Below, in pieces: positions 36,508 through 47,264 of a stretch of DNA of 64,000 nucleotides. The position numbers and the translations under genes are program-made. The stretch is from Ilumatobacteraceae bacterium (GTDB lineage: Bacteria; Actinomycetota; Acidimicrobiia; Acidimicrobiales; Ilumatobacteraceae): NCBI GenBank assembly GCA_963719295.1, contig CAVRBV010000012.1, forward strand, positions 1,764 to 65,763, given 5' to 3'. Under the pieces are notes generated by a model. The model was not told the origin of the DNA, ran no database searches, and saw nothing but the letters and a program-made list of their open reading frames with translations. Each line of letters opens with the position of its first letter. Position 1 is the stretch's first letter.

Positions 36508-37356
36508 CCGTCAAGCTGTCGTGCGCCGACTACGGCTGGCCGTCGGTGAGCCACCGCACGGCGCTGGCGATCGTGGGCGATCTCGGATTCGCCGGCGTCG
36601 ACATCGGCGTGTTCGGTGACGCCACCCACGTGACCGTGCCGTCGGTCGTCGCCGACCCGGCCGGCCGCGCCGCCGCGGTGGGTGCCGACGTGCGGGCCGC
36701 CGGACTCGCCGTCGCCGACGTGTTCCTCACCTCGGTGCTCGAGGTCGACCGGGTCACGCCGACCAGTCGCACCGGAGACGACCAGGAGCAGCTGCAGGCG
36801 ATCTTCCGGGCGATGGTGGAGTTCGCCGGGGCCCTCGAGGCGCCGGGGATCACGCTGCTCCCGGGAGTGGTCGCCGACGGCCAGTCGCTGTCGGAGGCGC
36901 TCGACGCGTCGGCCGCCGGGCTGGCGCCGCTGGTGGCCATGGGTGCCGACGCCGGGCTCGGCGTGTCGGTCGAGCCCCACGTGGGGTCGGTGGTGGAGTC
37001 CCCCGAGGCCACGGCCGAGCTGCTCGACCGGTGTCCGGGACTCACGATCACCCTCGACCCGTCGCACTTCGTCTACGCCGGCTGGACGGTACCGACCATG
37101 CTGGGCCTGCTCGCCCGCACACGCCACGTCCAGATCCGCCCCGGCGCCGACGGCGTGATGCAGGCCAAGGTGCGCGACAACGGCTTCGACCTGGAGCTGC
37201 TCGTGCGCAGCCTGCTCGAGCAGGGGTACGACGGCTGGATCGCCAGCGAGTACGTGTGGATGGAGAAGTGGCGGTGCGACGAGGTGGACAACACGGGGGA
37301 GTCGGGCCGGCTGCGCGCCCTGCTCGAGTCGCTGCTGATGGTCGGTGTGCCAGTGA
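36504..37356 (+). CDS. Sugar phosphate isomerase/epimerase (AP endonuclease 2-type TIM barrel); reads in frame into the next gene
   Basis: VEPHVGS, TLDPSHF, HVQIR, GYDGWIASEY. Confidence 0.8.
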
Positions 37357-38417
37357 GCGATCGAGTGCGCGTCGGGGTGATCGGGGCCGGCGTGTGGGCC
37401 CAGGTGTCGCACATCCCGGCGCTCGCCGCACGCGGTGACGAGGTCGAGCTGGTGGCGGTGTGCCGCAAGGGTCCCGACGAGCTGGCGAAGGTGGCCGAGC
37501 AGTTCGGCTTCCCGATCGCCAGCGAGGACTACCGCGACGTGCTCGACGCCGGCGTCGACGTGTGCGTCGTGTCGAGCCCGGTCTCGCTGCACCACGAGCA
37601 CGCCCTGGCGGCGCTCGACGCCGGCGCCCACGTGTTGATCGAGAAGCCGGTCACCATCGATCCCGCCGACGCGTGGGAGCTCGTGCGCCGCGCCGACGAG
37701 CTCGACCGGCACGTGGTGGTCGCCTTCGGCTGGAACCACCTGCCGACGTTCGCTCGCGCCAGCGAGCTCTGGGCCCAGGGCGGGGTCGGCAACGTCGAGC
37801 ACGTCATGGTGCACATGGCGTCGGGCACCCGACAGCTGCTCGACGGCTCGTCGTTGTACTCGGCCGGACCCACCGACCCGGTCGTCGATACCCGCACGTG
37901 GACGGACCCGGCGATGTCGGGCGGCGGCTACGCCCAGGCGCAGTTGTCGCACATCCTCGGATGGGCGCTCGGCGTCACCGGCCTTCGCGCCGACAGCGTG
38001 TATGCCCTCGGGTTCCGCCCGCCCCACGCCAACGTCGAACTGCACGACGCGATGGCGATCCGCTTCGCCGGCGGTGCCACCGGCGCGGTGAGCGGGGCGT
38101 CGTTCCACAGCGGCAGCCAGGCCGACCGCCACCAGTACGAGATCCGCGTGTTCGGTGACGAGGGTCAGCTCCACGCCGACCTCGAGCGCGACCGGTTGTG
38201 GTGGTGGCGCGCCGATCGCGGCGGCGAGGACATCCCGCTGCCGGTGGACGCCGGTGCCTACCACTGCGTCGGTCCTGTCGACACGATCGTCGATCTCGCC
38301 CTCGGGCGCGACGTGGTGAACCGCTCGCCGATCGAGCTCGGTGCCCGCACGGTCGACGTGCTGGCGGCCGCCTACCGCAGCATGGCGTCGGGCGGGCCCG
38401 AAAGGGTGGGCCGGTGA
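37353..38417 (+). CDS. Gfo/Idh/MocA oxidoreductase
   Basis: VGVIGAG, HVLIEKP, SGGG. Confidence 0.88.
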   Translation: MSDRVRVGVIGAGVWAQVSHIPALAARGDEVELVAVCRKGPDELAKVAEQFGFPIASEDYRDVLDAGVDVCVVSSPVSLHHEHALAALDAGAHVLIEKPVTIDPADAWELVRRADELDRHVVVAFGWNHLPTFARASELWAQGGVGNVEHVMVHMASGTRQLLDGSSLYSAGPTDPVVDTRTWTDPAMSGGGYAQAQLSHILGWALGVTGLRADSVYALGFRPPHANVELHDAMAIRFAGGATGAVSGASFHSGSQADRHQYEIRVFGDEGQLHADLERDRLWWWRADRGGEDIPLPVDAGAYHCVGPVDTIVDLALGRDVVNRSPIELGARTVDVLAAAYRSMASGGPERVGR

Positions 38418-39634
38418 GCGCGGCCGTGGCCGTCACCGGTGCCGACCTGCGCAGCGAGGAGTACTCGCGCGATCCGTTCCCGGTGTGGCGGCGCATGCGC
38501 GACTCCCAGCCGCTGTTGTACGACGAGGTCGGCGGTCGCTGGGTGCTGTCGCGGTACGACGACGTCGTCGCCGTGCTGCGCGACCCGGAGGTGTACACCG
38601 CGCGCACCTATCAGGAGCGGTTCCGGCCGGTCTTCGGACGCACGCTCGCCGAGCTCGACGGGCCGCGGCACATCAAGGAGCGCACGATCGTGGCACCGGC
38701 GTTCGTCGGGCGCAGCCTCGACGGCTACCGCCCGATCATCGCTGCCGCCGTCGACCGGCTGGCCGCCGCGCTCGACGGCTCGCCGACGATCGACCTCGTC
38801 GACGCGATGACGCGACGGCTGCCGCTCACCACGATCGCCGGCCTGCTCGGGTTCCCGCCCGACGACGCCCCGATGCTGCTCGACATCGGCACGCTCATCC
38901 TCGATGGCCTCGCCGACGTCCCCGAGCTGCGGGCCGCCGGCAATGCCGCCCACCGCCGCCTCGCCGCTCACCTCGACCCGATGATGGACGCCCGCCGAAC
39001 GGCGCCGACCGACGACTTGATCGCCAAGATCGTCCACGCCGAGGCCGGGGGAGAGCGACTGACCGACGAGGAGATCCACTCCTTCGTCAGCTTCCTGCTC
39101 GTCGCCGGGGGGCCCACCACCGACATGGCGCTGCGCAACTTCTGGTGGGCGTTGCTGCGCGACCCCGACGAGCTGGCGGCGTGCCGCGACGACCCCGGCC
39201 GCGTCGACCGGGCGTTCTCCGAGTCGCTGCGCCGGGACGGCCCGATCGTGTACGAGGACCGGCGCACCAACGCCGAGGTGGAGTGGTACGGCACCACGAT
39301 CCCCGCCGACAGCGACGTCGTGGTGTGCCTCGGCGCGGCCAACACCGACGATTCCGTGTTCGCCGACGCCGAACGGTTCGACCCCGATCGCCGCGACCTG
39401 CTGATGGGCGTCGAGCGCAAGCCCGGCTACCGAGAGGGCGGCGTGGCCGGGCATCTCGCCTTCGGACTGGGGAGCCACTTCTGCATGGGGTACCAGCTCG
39501 CTCGCGCCGAGGCGGTGGCGGCGACCGAGCGCTTCCTGCTCGCGCTCGACCGGCCGCGCCTGCTGGGCGATCCGCACCTGCACATCACGTGGTACGAGCG
39601 CACGCTCGACCAACTCGCCGTCGAGGTCGGCTGA
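38414..39634 (+). CDS. Cytochrome P450
   Basis: ESLR (ExxR), FDPDR, heme motif FGLGSHFCMG; I-helix AGGPTT. Confidence 0.93.
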   Translation: MSAAVAVTGADLRSEEYSRDPFPVWRRMRDSQPLLYDEVGGRWVLSRYDDVVAVLRDPEVYTARTYQERFRPVFGRTLAELDGPRHIKERTIVAPAFVGRSLDGYRPIIAAAVDRLAAALDGSPTIDLVDAMTRRLPLTTIAGLLGFPPDDAPMLLDIGTLILDGLADVPELRAAGNAAHRRLAAHLDPMMDARRTAPTDDLIAKIVHAEAGGERLTDEEIHSFVSFLLVAGGPTTDMALRNFWWALLRDPDELAACRDDPGRVDRAFSESLRRDGPIVYEDRRTNAEVEWYGTTIPADSDVVVCLGAANTDDSVFADAERFDPDRRDLLMGVERKPGYREGGVAGHLAFGLGSHFCMGYQLARAEAVAATERFLLALDRPRLLGDPHLHITWYERTLDQLAVEVG

Positions 39635-39650
39635 TCGCGGTCGATCCGAC

Positions 39651-39730
39651 GATCTGGTCACTCTCCTTCTCGATATCGAGAATGTGGGTGACCAGATCGC
39701 CCTGAGACGCAGAGTGACCAGATGGCGGGG
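39651..39730. repeat. Family A REP-like palindrome, copy 5, with tail
   Basis: Palindrome 39651-39698 plus TGAGACGCAGAGTGACCAGATGGCGG, between convergent genes. Confidence 0.9.
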
Positions 39731-39734
39731 GCGG

Positions 39735-40673
39735 TCAGTCCTGTTCGTCGGGGTGGATCAGCAGCTCGGCCTGGCCGGTGACCACGGCGGTGCCGGTGAG
39801 CGTCGGCACGACCGTCGCCTGGTCGCGGTCGTGCCAGCGGTAGGTGATCTCGAACGTCGAGCCGGTGATCGACTCCTGCACCCAGGTCTCGCCCTCGGCC
39901 AGCGCGCCCTCGGCGGCCAACGCCGCCACCTTGGCGCTGGTGCCGGTGCCGCACGGCGAGCGGTCGTAGGTGCCGCTCGGGCACAGCACGAAGTTGCGCG
40001 AGTTCGCACCCGCGGCGAGGGGTGGGCCGTAGAGCTCGACGTGGTCGACGTCGGGGTGTCCGGCGTCGTGCACGGCGAGGCGGATGTCGTCGGCGATGCG
40101 CAACAGCTCGGCGCGCGGCAACGACAGGTCGATCGCCGGTGACGTGACGAGGAAGAAGACGTTGCCGCCGTAGGCGACGTCTCCGGCCACGGCGCCGATG
40201 CCGGGCACGTCGACGCGGACGTCGTGGGCGGTTCGCCGGCTGACGACGTTGTCGATCGTCACCCGCCCGTCGTCGCCGAGCACGGTGCGCACCACCCCCA
40301 CCGGTGTCTCGATGGCGTGCTCGCCGGGGCCGATGCGACCGAGGCGGGCGAGCGTCTCGACCAGGCCGATGGTGCCGTGACCGCACATCCCGAGCACCAT
40401 CGTGCGGTCGAAGAAGATGACGCCGGCGACGCACGCGGGGTCGGTCGGCGGGGTGAGCAGCGCCCCGACCATCGCCTCGTTGCCGCGCGGCTCGTCGACG
40501 ATCGCCGTGGCGAGCCGGCGGTGGCGCCCGGCCATGTCGGCGGCACGCTCGGCGAGCGTCGCGCCCTCGAGGTCGGGGAACCCGCCCGTGACGACGCGTG
40601 TCGGCTCGCCGCCGGTGTGCGAGTCGACGACGCGGACGCGGCGGGCCCCGTCGACGGTCAGTACTTCGGTCAT
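39735..40673 (-). CDS. Proline racemase family, probable 4-hydroxyproline 2-epimerase
   Basis: DSHTGGEPTR, MCGHG, DRSPCGTGT with both catalytic Cys. Confidence 0.9.
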   Translation of the reverse strand: MTEVLTVDGARRVRVVDSHTGGEPTRVVTGGFPDLEGATLAERAADMAGRHRRLATAIVDEPRGNEAMVGALLTPPTDPACVAGVIFFDRTMVLGMCGHGTIGLVETLARLGRIGPGEHAIETPVGVVRTVLGDDGRVTIDNVVSRRTAHDVRVDVPGIGAVAGDVAYGGNVFFLVTSPAIDLSLPRAELLRIADDIRLAVHDAGHPDVDHVELYGPPLAAGANSRNFVLCPSGTYDRSPCGTGTSAKVAALAAEGALAEGETWVQESITGSTFEITYRWHDRDQATVVPTLTGTAVVTGQAELLIHPDEQD

Positions 40674-41917
40674 CGGAACCTCCCGGGGGCGAAGCGGTGC
40701 AGATCGATCTCGGGCGTGCTCGCCGCTGACGAGCTGGGCGACGAGGCGGCCCGTGCCCGGCCCGTGGGTGAGCCCGGTCATCGAGTGGCCGGTGGCGATG
40801 GTGACGTTGTCCCAGCCCGGCAGGCGACCGATGATCGGTACGCCGTCGGGTGTCACCGGTCGCAGTCCGGCCCACCGGCGCCGGACGGTCAGCGTGGGGT
40901 CGAGGCGCAGGCGACCTCGCGCCATCCGCTCGAGACGGGTGATCCGGTCCGCCTGCACGGACAGGTCGTAGCGGTTCAGCTGGAACCAGGCGCTGAGGCG
41001 CAGGCGTGTCGGCGGTGGGGCCGACGGCGAAGTGGTCCTCGCCGAGGAGCAGGGGCCGCGTCGGCCCGAGCTCGGGTCGCTCCACCGTGAGGCTCAGCCC
41101 GCGGGCCGCGATCACCGGCAGCCGCGTCCCGAGGAGGCGGGCCACCCGCCCGGTCCACGCCCCGGCGGCGAGCACCACCTCGTCGGCGGCGAGGTCGCCG
41201 GCGGTGGTCCGCAGCCGCACCACCCGGCGGCCACTGGTGTCGAGGTCGATCAGCTCGTGGAAGGGCCGCAAGGACACGCCCGCCGATGCGACCCGCGCGA
41301 TCAGGGCGTCGAGGGCGCGCACCGGATCGAGGGAGCGGTCGTCGGGGAGCAGCACACCGCCGGCCACCGGCCCGATCAGCGCCGGCTCCATCGCCAGCGC
41401 GGTCGCACCGTCGACCACGTCGACGGTGACGCCCCACGACGCCAGCTCGTCGGCGTGGTGGCGCGGCGGCGTCGAAGGCCCGTCGGTCGCGGTACACGTC
41501 GAACAGGCCGGCGGTCTGCACCGCGTCGTCGGGCGACAGCCAGCCGTCCCACACCGCGTCGCTCACCCGGCCGAGCGCCGCCATCGCCGGCGCGGCACCG
41601 GCGACCGATCGTGCCGAACAGCTGCGGGTGAAGCGGGCGATCCACCGCCAGAGCGCCGGCTCGGCCGACCACGCCACCGACACCGCCCCGTCCCGGCGCA
41701 CCAGGTCGCGCGCCGCGGTGCGCAGCGCCCCGGGCGCCGCCAGCGGCACGACGTGGCTCGGCACGAGATGGCCGGCGCTGGCGATCGCGCACCCCCCGTC
41801 GACCGGCCCGCGGTCGATCACGGTCACGTCGACATCACGTTCGGCGAGCTCGAGGGCGGCCGACAGGCCGACGATCCCGGCTCCGACCACGAGCGCCGAT
41901 TTCGGTGGGCGTGCCAC
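40670..41917 (-). CDS. FAD-dependent D-amino acid (D-hydroxyproline) dehydrogenase, frameshifted
   Basis: VVGAGIVG, VVLAAGAW, GLRPVTPDGVP, ATGH. Confidence 0.82.
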
Positions 41918-41953
41918 GGGTGCAGTATTGAATGCGGACGAGGAGGCTGTGAA

Positions 41954-42923
41954 ATGGACGATGCGGTGTTCCGCGGTGCATGCCCGCGCTGATGACGCCC
42001 TGCGACGAGCGCGGCGCGGTCGACCATGACGCGCTCGTCGCAACGGCGACGCGCCTGGTCGACGGCGGGATGAGCGGCGTCGTGTACTGCGGGTCGATGG
42101 GGGACTGGCCGCTGCTGTCGGACGAGCAGCGGTGCACGGGGGTCGAGCGACTCGTCGCCGCCGGCGTGCCGGTGGTGGTCGGCACCGGTGCGCAGAGCCC
42201 GGCGCGCGCGGCGGCACTGGCCGCCCACGCCGCTGCTGTCGGCGCGGCGGGGCTGATGGTGATCCCGCGCGGTGCTGTCGCGGGCCGTGTCCCCGGCCGC
42301 CCAGCACGCTCACTTCGAAGGTGTGCTCGCCGCCGCGCCGGGCCTGCCGTGCGTGATCTACAACAGCCCGTACTACGGCTTCGAGACGCGCTGCCGACCT
42401 GTTCTTCCGCCTGCGCGACGACCACCCCAACCTCGTCGGCTACAAGGAGTTCGGCGGGGCCGCCTCGCTGACCTACGCCGCCGAGCACATCACGTCGGGT
42501 GCGGACGACCTCGTGCTCCTCGTCGGGGTCGACACGCAGGTGGTGCACGGGATCGTCGGCTGCGGCGCCCACGGCGTGATCACCGGCGTCGGCAACGTGC
42601 TGCCCGGGCCGGTGCTGGAGCTGGTGCGCCTCGCCCGCGCCGCGGCGGACGGCGACCCGGTGGCCGAGCGGCGGGCCCGCGAGCTCGACGCCGCCCTCGG
42701 CCCACTGTCGGCCTTCGACGAAGGTCCCGACCTCACGCTGTACTACCGCCACCTCGCCGTGCTCGCCGGCCACGACGAGTACGCCCTGACCCTCGAGCGG
42801 ACCGATCGCCTGAGCGACAGCCAGCGCGCCCACGCCACGCTGCAGTGGGAGCGCTTCGGGCGCTGGTGGTCGCAGTGGTGCGACGCCGATCAGCCGGCGT
42901 CGGCGACCGCCGCGCTCGTGTAG
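41954..42923 (+). CDS. DapA-family enzyme, probable pyrroline-4-hydroxy-2-carboxylate deaminase (frameshifts)
   Basis: MPALMTP, GSMGDW, IYNSPYYG, GYKEFGG; AGGAGG RBS; gene context. Confidence 0.8.
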
Positions 42924-44332
42924 ACGCCGTCGAGGCGCCGGACGATGTCGAGCGGATTGGCGTCGCGGAGCTCGGGCGGAAGCAGCGCGTCGGGGAAGCC
43001 CTGGAAGGTCACCGGTCGGAGGAAACGTTCGATGGCCGCCGCACCGACCGACGTCGAGCGGGAATCGGTGCTCGCCGGGTAGGGACCGCCGTGCTGCATC
43101 GCCGGGCTGACCGTCACCCCGGTCGGTACGGCGTTCCAGACCAGCCTCCCGCAGTGCTCGGGGAGCACGCCCACCAGCGCGTCGACCAGCGCGGCGTCGT
43201 CGTCGGCGGCGAACACCGAGCACGTGAGCTGCCCGTCGACCTCCCCGCCGAGGGCGACCAGCTCGGCGGCGTCGGCGCACGACACGACGACGGTGAGCGG
43301 GCCGAAGACCTCGCGACGCAGCTCCGGCGTGTTGCGATAGCTCGCCGCATCGACGAGCACGCACGCCGGCCGGCCCTCCTCGGGTGTTCCGGTCAGCACG
43401 TCGACGCCGTCCGCCCCGAGCATCCACGCCACGTCGTCGCGGTAGCGGCCGGCGATCCCCGGCGTGAGCATGGGTGCGCGAGCGCGGGCGCTCAGCGCGT
43501 CGGCGAGGGCGCGGGCGAACCCGTCGCCGTCGATCGTGACGATCACGCCGGGGTTGGTGCAGAACTGGCCGGCGCCGAGCACCACCGAGTCGGCGAGCGC
43601 GCTCACCACCGACTCGGCCCGTTCGCCGAGCGCCCCGGGCAGCACGAACACCGGGTTGGTCGAGCCCATCTCGGCGTACACGGGGATCGGCTCGACGCGG
43701 CGGGCGGCGGCGTCGAACAGCGCCCGACCGGCGGTGAACGAGCCGGTGAACGCCACGGCGCGCGTCGCCGGGTGCTCGACGAGTGCCACGCCGACGCCCA
43801 CGTCGCCGGCGACCTGTTGGAAGCACGCCGCCGGCAGGCCGGCGCGATCGACCGCCCGGGCGATCGCGTCCGCGGCGATCGCCGCCGTCGTCGGGTGCGC
43901 CGGGTGGGCCTTGACCACCACGGGGCAGGCGGCGGCGAGCGCGGACGCCGTGTCGCCGCCGGGCGTGGCGAAGGCGAAGGGGAAGTTCGACGCGCCGAAC
44001 ACCACGACGGGGCCGATCGGCCACATCATGCGCCGCAGACCGGGTGCCGCGGTGTCGATCGTCGCCCGCGCCCACGTCCCGTCGGCGACGATCGCGGCGA
44101 ACGCCTCGAGCTGCGTGGTGGTGCGGGTGAGCTCGTTGCGCAGGCGGGCCGGGCCGAGGTGCGACTCCTGGTCGGCGGCGGCGATCAGATCGGCGGCGCG
44201 CCGCTCCAACTCCTCGGCCGCGCCGCGCAGCAGGGCGACGCGCGCCGCCGCCGGGCGCAGGGCACCGTCGCGGTGCGCCGCGGCTGCCGCCTCCATCGAC
44301 GCGTCGACGTCACCGTCGTTGCGTTGGGTCAT
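42890..44332 (-). CDS. NADP-dependent aldehyde dehydrogenase, probable alpha-ketoglutaric semialdehyde dehydrogenase
   Basis: FGASNFP, GGDTASALAAACP, FTGS, EMGSTNP, GQFCTNPG, EVFGP. Confidence 0.88.
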   Translation of the reverse strand: MTQRNDGDVDASMEAAAAAHRDGALRPAAARVALLRGAAEELERRAADLIAAADQESHLGPARLRNELTRTTTQLEAFAAIVADGTWARATIDTAAPGLRRMMWPIGPVVVFGASNFPFAFATPGGDTASALAAACPVVVKAHPAHPTTAAIAADAIARAVDRAGLPAACFQQVAGDVGVGVALVEHPATRAVAFTGSFTAGRALFDAAARRVEPIPVYAEMGSTNPVFVLPGALGERAESVVSALADSVVLGAGQFCTNPGVIVTIDGDGFARALADALSARARAPMLTPGIAGRYRDDVAWMLGADGVDVLTGTPEEGRPACVLVDAASYRNTPELRREVFGPLTVVVSCADAAELVALGGEVDGQLTCSVFAADDDAALVDALVGVLPEHCGRLVWNAVPTGVTVSPAMQHGGPYPASTDSRSTSVGAAAIERFLRPVTFQGFPDALLPPELRDANPLDIVRRLDGVYTSAAVADAG

Positions 44333-47090
44333 CGTGGCCTCCTTCGGTCCTGTCGAGTTCTGCTCGTGGCGTCCGACGGGCGAGCGTCGCCGTTCGCTCC
44401 TGTTGATAGCGGCAGCCGGCCGATCCGAAGCGGTCGGCGATGCCGGCGAGCTCTCCGCGCCGACCGTCGTGCAGGGCGGCGGCGCGATCGACGATGGCGA
44501 CGGCGATGCCGTTGCCGCGGATGTAGGCGAACGCCCGCTCGAACCGGGCGCCGGCATCCGGGCGACCGGCGAGCACGCCCGCCTCGACCCAGGCGGCCGC
44601 GTACCACGACGCCCAGAGCGGGGCGGTCGGGTCCGTGCTGAAGGTGTCCGGCGCCGGCGCGGCGCCAGGTGTCGCACGCCGACACGGGGTCGTCGAGGTG
44701 GAGGGCGAGCAGGGCGTCGAAGGTGGCCCGCCAGATGACGTGCTTGCCGTCGAACCGGTCCGGCGACGGGACCAGGCCCCGCGTGATCCCGATCCACCGG
44801 TCGCGAGCCGAGGGATCGCCGATCATCCCGAACACCGTCGCCGCCGCGTACGCGCCCACGGCGAGGTTGCCGGCCACCGGCTGGCCGGAGCGATACCAGT
44901 CGCGTTCGAACGGCGCCGCCGCCTCGACGACCGCGTCGAACTCACCGGCGAGCGCGTCGACCTCGATCACGCGACCGAGCGCGATGTGGCGCTGCTCCCG
45001 AAAGTAGGGGAGGGCGGCGACGGCGCGGGCGTAGCGGCGAGCGTCGGCGAGCTGACCGACCGCCAGCTCGAGGAGGCACGCCATGTGCACGGCGTCGTAG
45101 TGGGCGAACCCGCTGGCGGCCGCGACCGGCACCGCGGCAAGCGCGTCCAGCCGAGGGACGACCAGGGCGGCCGCTGCGTCGAGGTCGAAGGCGTCCAGCG
45201 CCAGCGCCATCAGCTGGTCGAACACCTCGTCGACGAGCAGCGCATCGCCGGCCTCGACGGCGAGGCCGACGAGCACGCTCGGTGTGCCGGCGCGAGCGAG
45301 CGTGCGCTCCCGGCGCCCACCCGGCGGCGACGGCGATGGCGGCCTCGGCGGCCGCCGCACCCGTCGACAGCGTCCGCGCCTCGTCGAGCAACCGCTCGAC
45401 CGACGCCACGTCCTTGGCCCGCTTGATGATCCCGGACGCCCGGAACTCGAGGGCGGCGGCGCCAGCGAGGTCACCGGCGGCGTCGTCGGGCCGCCCGGCG
45501 GCGAGGGCGACCCGGGCCGACTCGACCAGCAGGTCGACGGTGTCGCCGCCGACGTTGCGTGCGGCCGCGGCGCCGGCGGCCAAGCGCAGCCACCGGCAGC
45601 GATCGGCGGGGTCGTCGGCCAGCGTCGCCGCATCCTGGTACCGGCGCTGGGCCTCGCCGGGATGACCACGCTGGAAGAGCACGTCGGCGGCGACGCCGGC
45701 GAGGGCGACGGCCTGGTCACGTGACCCTGAGCGGAGGCGCACCCACGCCAGCGCGGCGCGGGCATCGTCGAGCGTGGCGTCCACCTCGGCGCACCACTGC
45801 TCGTCTCCCGGCGCCCGTTCCGACAGGTCGTCGAGGCGTCGTTGGCACCAGGCGACGTGGGCCTCGTGAAGTGCCTCGGTCTCGCCCTCGAGCTCGGCGG
45901 CGTACTGGCGGATCGTCTCCAGCACCCGGTAGCGGGCGGGTGGTCCGGGCTCGAGCGCCGCGAGGTTCCAGTCGACGAGACCGCCGAGCGCGGCGACGAC
46001 CGCTCCCGGCGGGCGGCCGCTCACGGCGCTGACCGCGTCGAGGTCCGGCGGGGCGGCGAACACCGACGCCGCACGCAGCACGGCGCGCTGGTCGGCTTCC
46101 AGCAGGGCGTAGCTCCAGTCGATCGCGGCGCGGAGCGAGCGGTGACGTTCCTGCGCCCGCGGGCCGACGTCGAGCAGGAGGAGCCGGGAGCCGAGCGCTC
46201 CGGCCAGGCCGGTCACCCCGAGGCTGGGCACCCGCGCCCGCGGCGAGCTCGATCCCGAGCGCCATGCCGTCGAGCGCAGCGCAGATCGCGCCGATCGCGG
46301 CGAGGTCGGCCGGTTGCGGCGGGGCGGCGCCGGCGGCGATCATCCGCTCCACGAACAGCGCCTCGGCGTCGCTCGCGCCCTCCGGCGTGCCGAGCGACAG
46401 GCCGGGCACCGACACCACGTGCTCGAACGGCAGCATCAGTCGCAGCCGGCTGGTCGCCAGCACGCGCAGCGACGGGCAGTCGTCGAGCAGTCGTTCGATC
46501 CACGTGCGCGCCGCATCCTGGACGTGCTCGCGGTTGTCGACCACCAGGAGGCAGGTCCGCGGCCCGAGCGCACCGACGAGCGCCTCGGCGCGGGTCGTCG
46601 TCGAGGTCTCGGGCACGGCGGCGGCCGTCGCGATGGCGTCGACCACGGCGTCGGGCTGGGTCACCTTGACCAGGTCGACGAACACCACGCCGTCGGGCAC
46701 GTCATCGGCGACATCGGCCGCCGCCGCCAGCGCGAGGCGCGTCTTGCCCACACCACCCGGGCCGGTTGCGGTCACCAGCCGGTGGTCGCGGAACGCGGCC
46801 ACCAGCTCGGCACGCTCGACCGTTCGTCCGACGAACGTCGTGAGCGGGATGGGCAGCGCGCCGCGACGGTCGACGGTCGGACGGTCGGGCGCCGAGCCAC
46901 GGGCGAGCGCCCGCCGGTCGCTGGCGCCGAGCTTGCGCAGCAGCGCCGATACGTGGGTCTCGACCGTGCGCACCGAGACGAACAGCCGGTCGGCGATCTC
47001 GGCGTTCGTCAGTCGTTCCCGCACGAGGACGAGCACCTCGGTCTCGCGCGCGGTCAGCGCGGCGAGGCGCGGCTTCGCCGGGGCGGGCAC
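44310..47090 (-). CDS. Regulator with N-terminal LuxR HTH, NB-ARC-like ATPase and helical repeats (frameshifts)
   Basis: LTARETEVL..TNAEIA..VSVRTVETHVS, GPGGVGKT, RHRSLRAAIDWSY, YRVLETIRQY. Confidence 0.82.
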
Positions 47091-47264
47091 GGACGCGAGT
47101 CTGGCAGTCCAGCGTGCGGGAAGCCGATGGCGCCGACGTCGATCTCCGTAGTGGGCACCGAGGCTGAAACCCGTCGTCGCCACGGATGCGCCAGGACCGG
47201 CGCGCGCCGACACTGCCAGTGACATCCATCACACCCGTTCATTTCCACCCTCGGAGGTACTGCC

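Noticed and set aside
34994-38264. Long antisense ORFs such as 34994-36322 and 36180-38264
   Set aside because: Shadow frames of well-supported plus-strand genes, with no recognisable motifs.
17817-39634. Catabolic island as a mobile element
   Set aside because: No integrase, transposase, tRNA or terminal repeats seen; composition resembles the flanks and host repeat families occur inside it.
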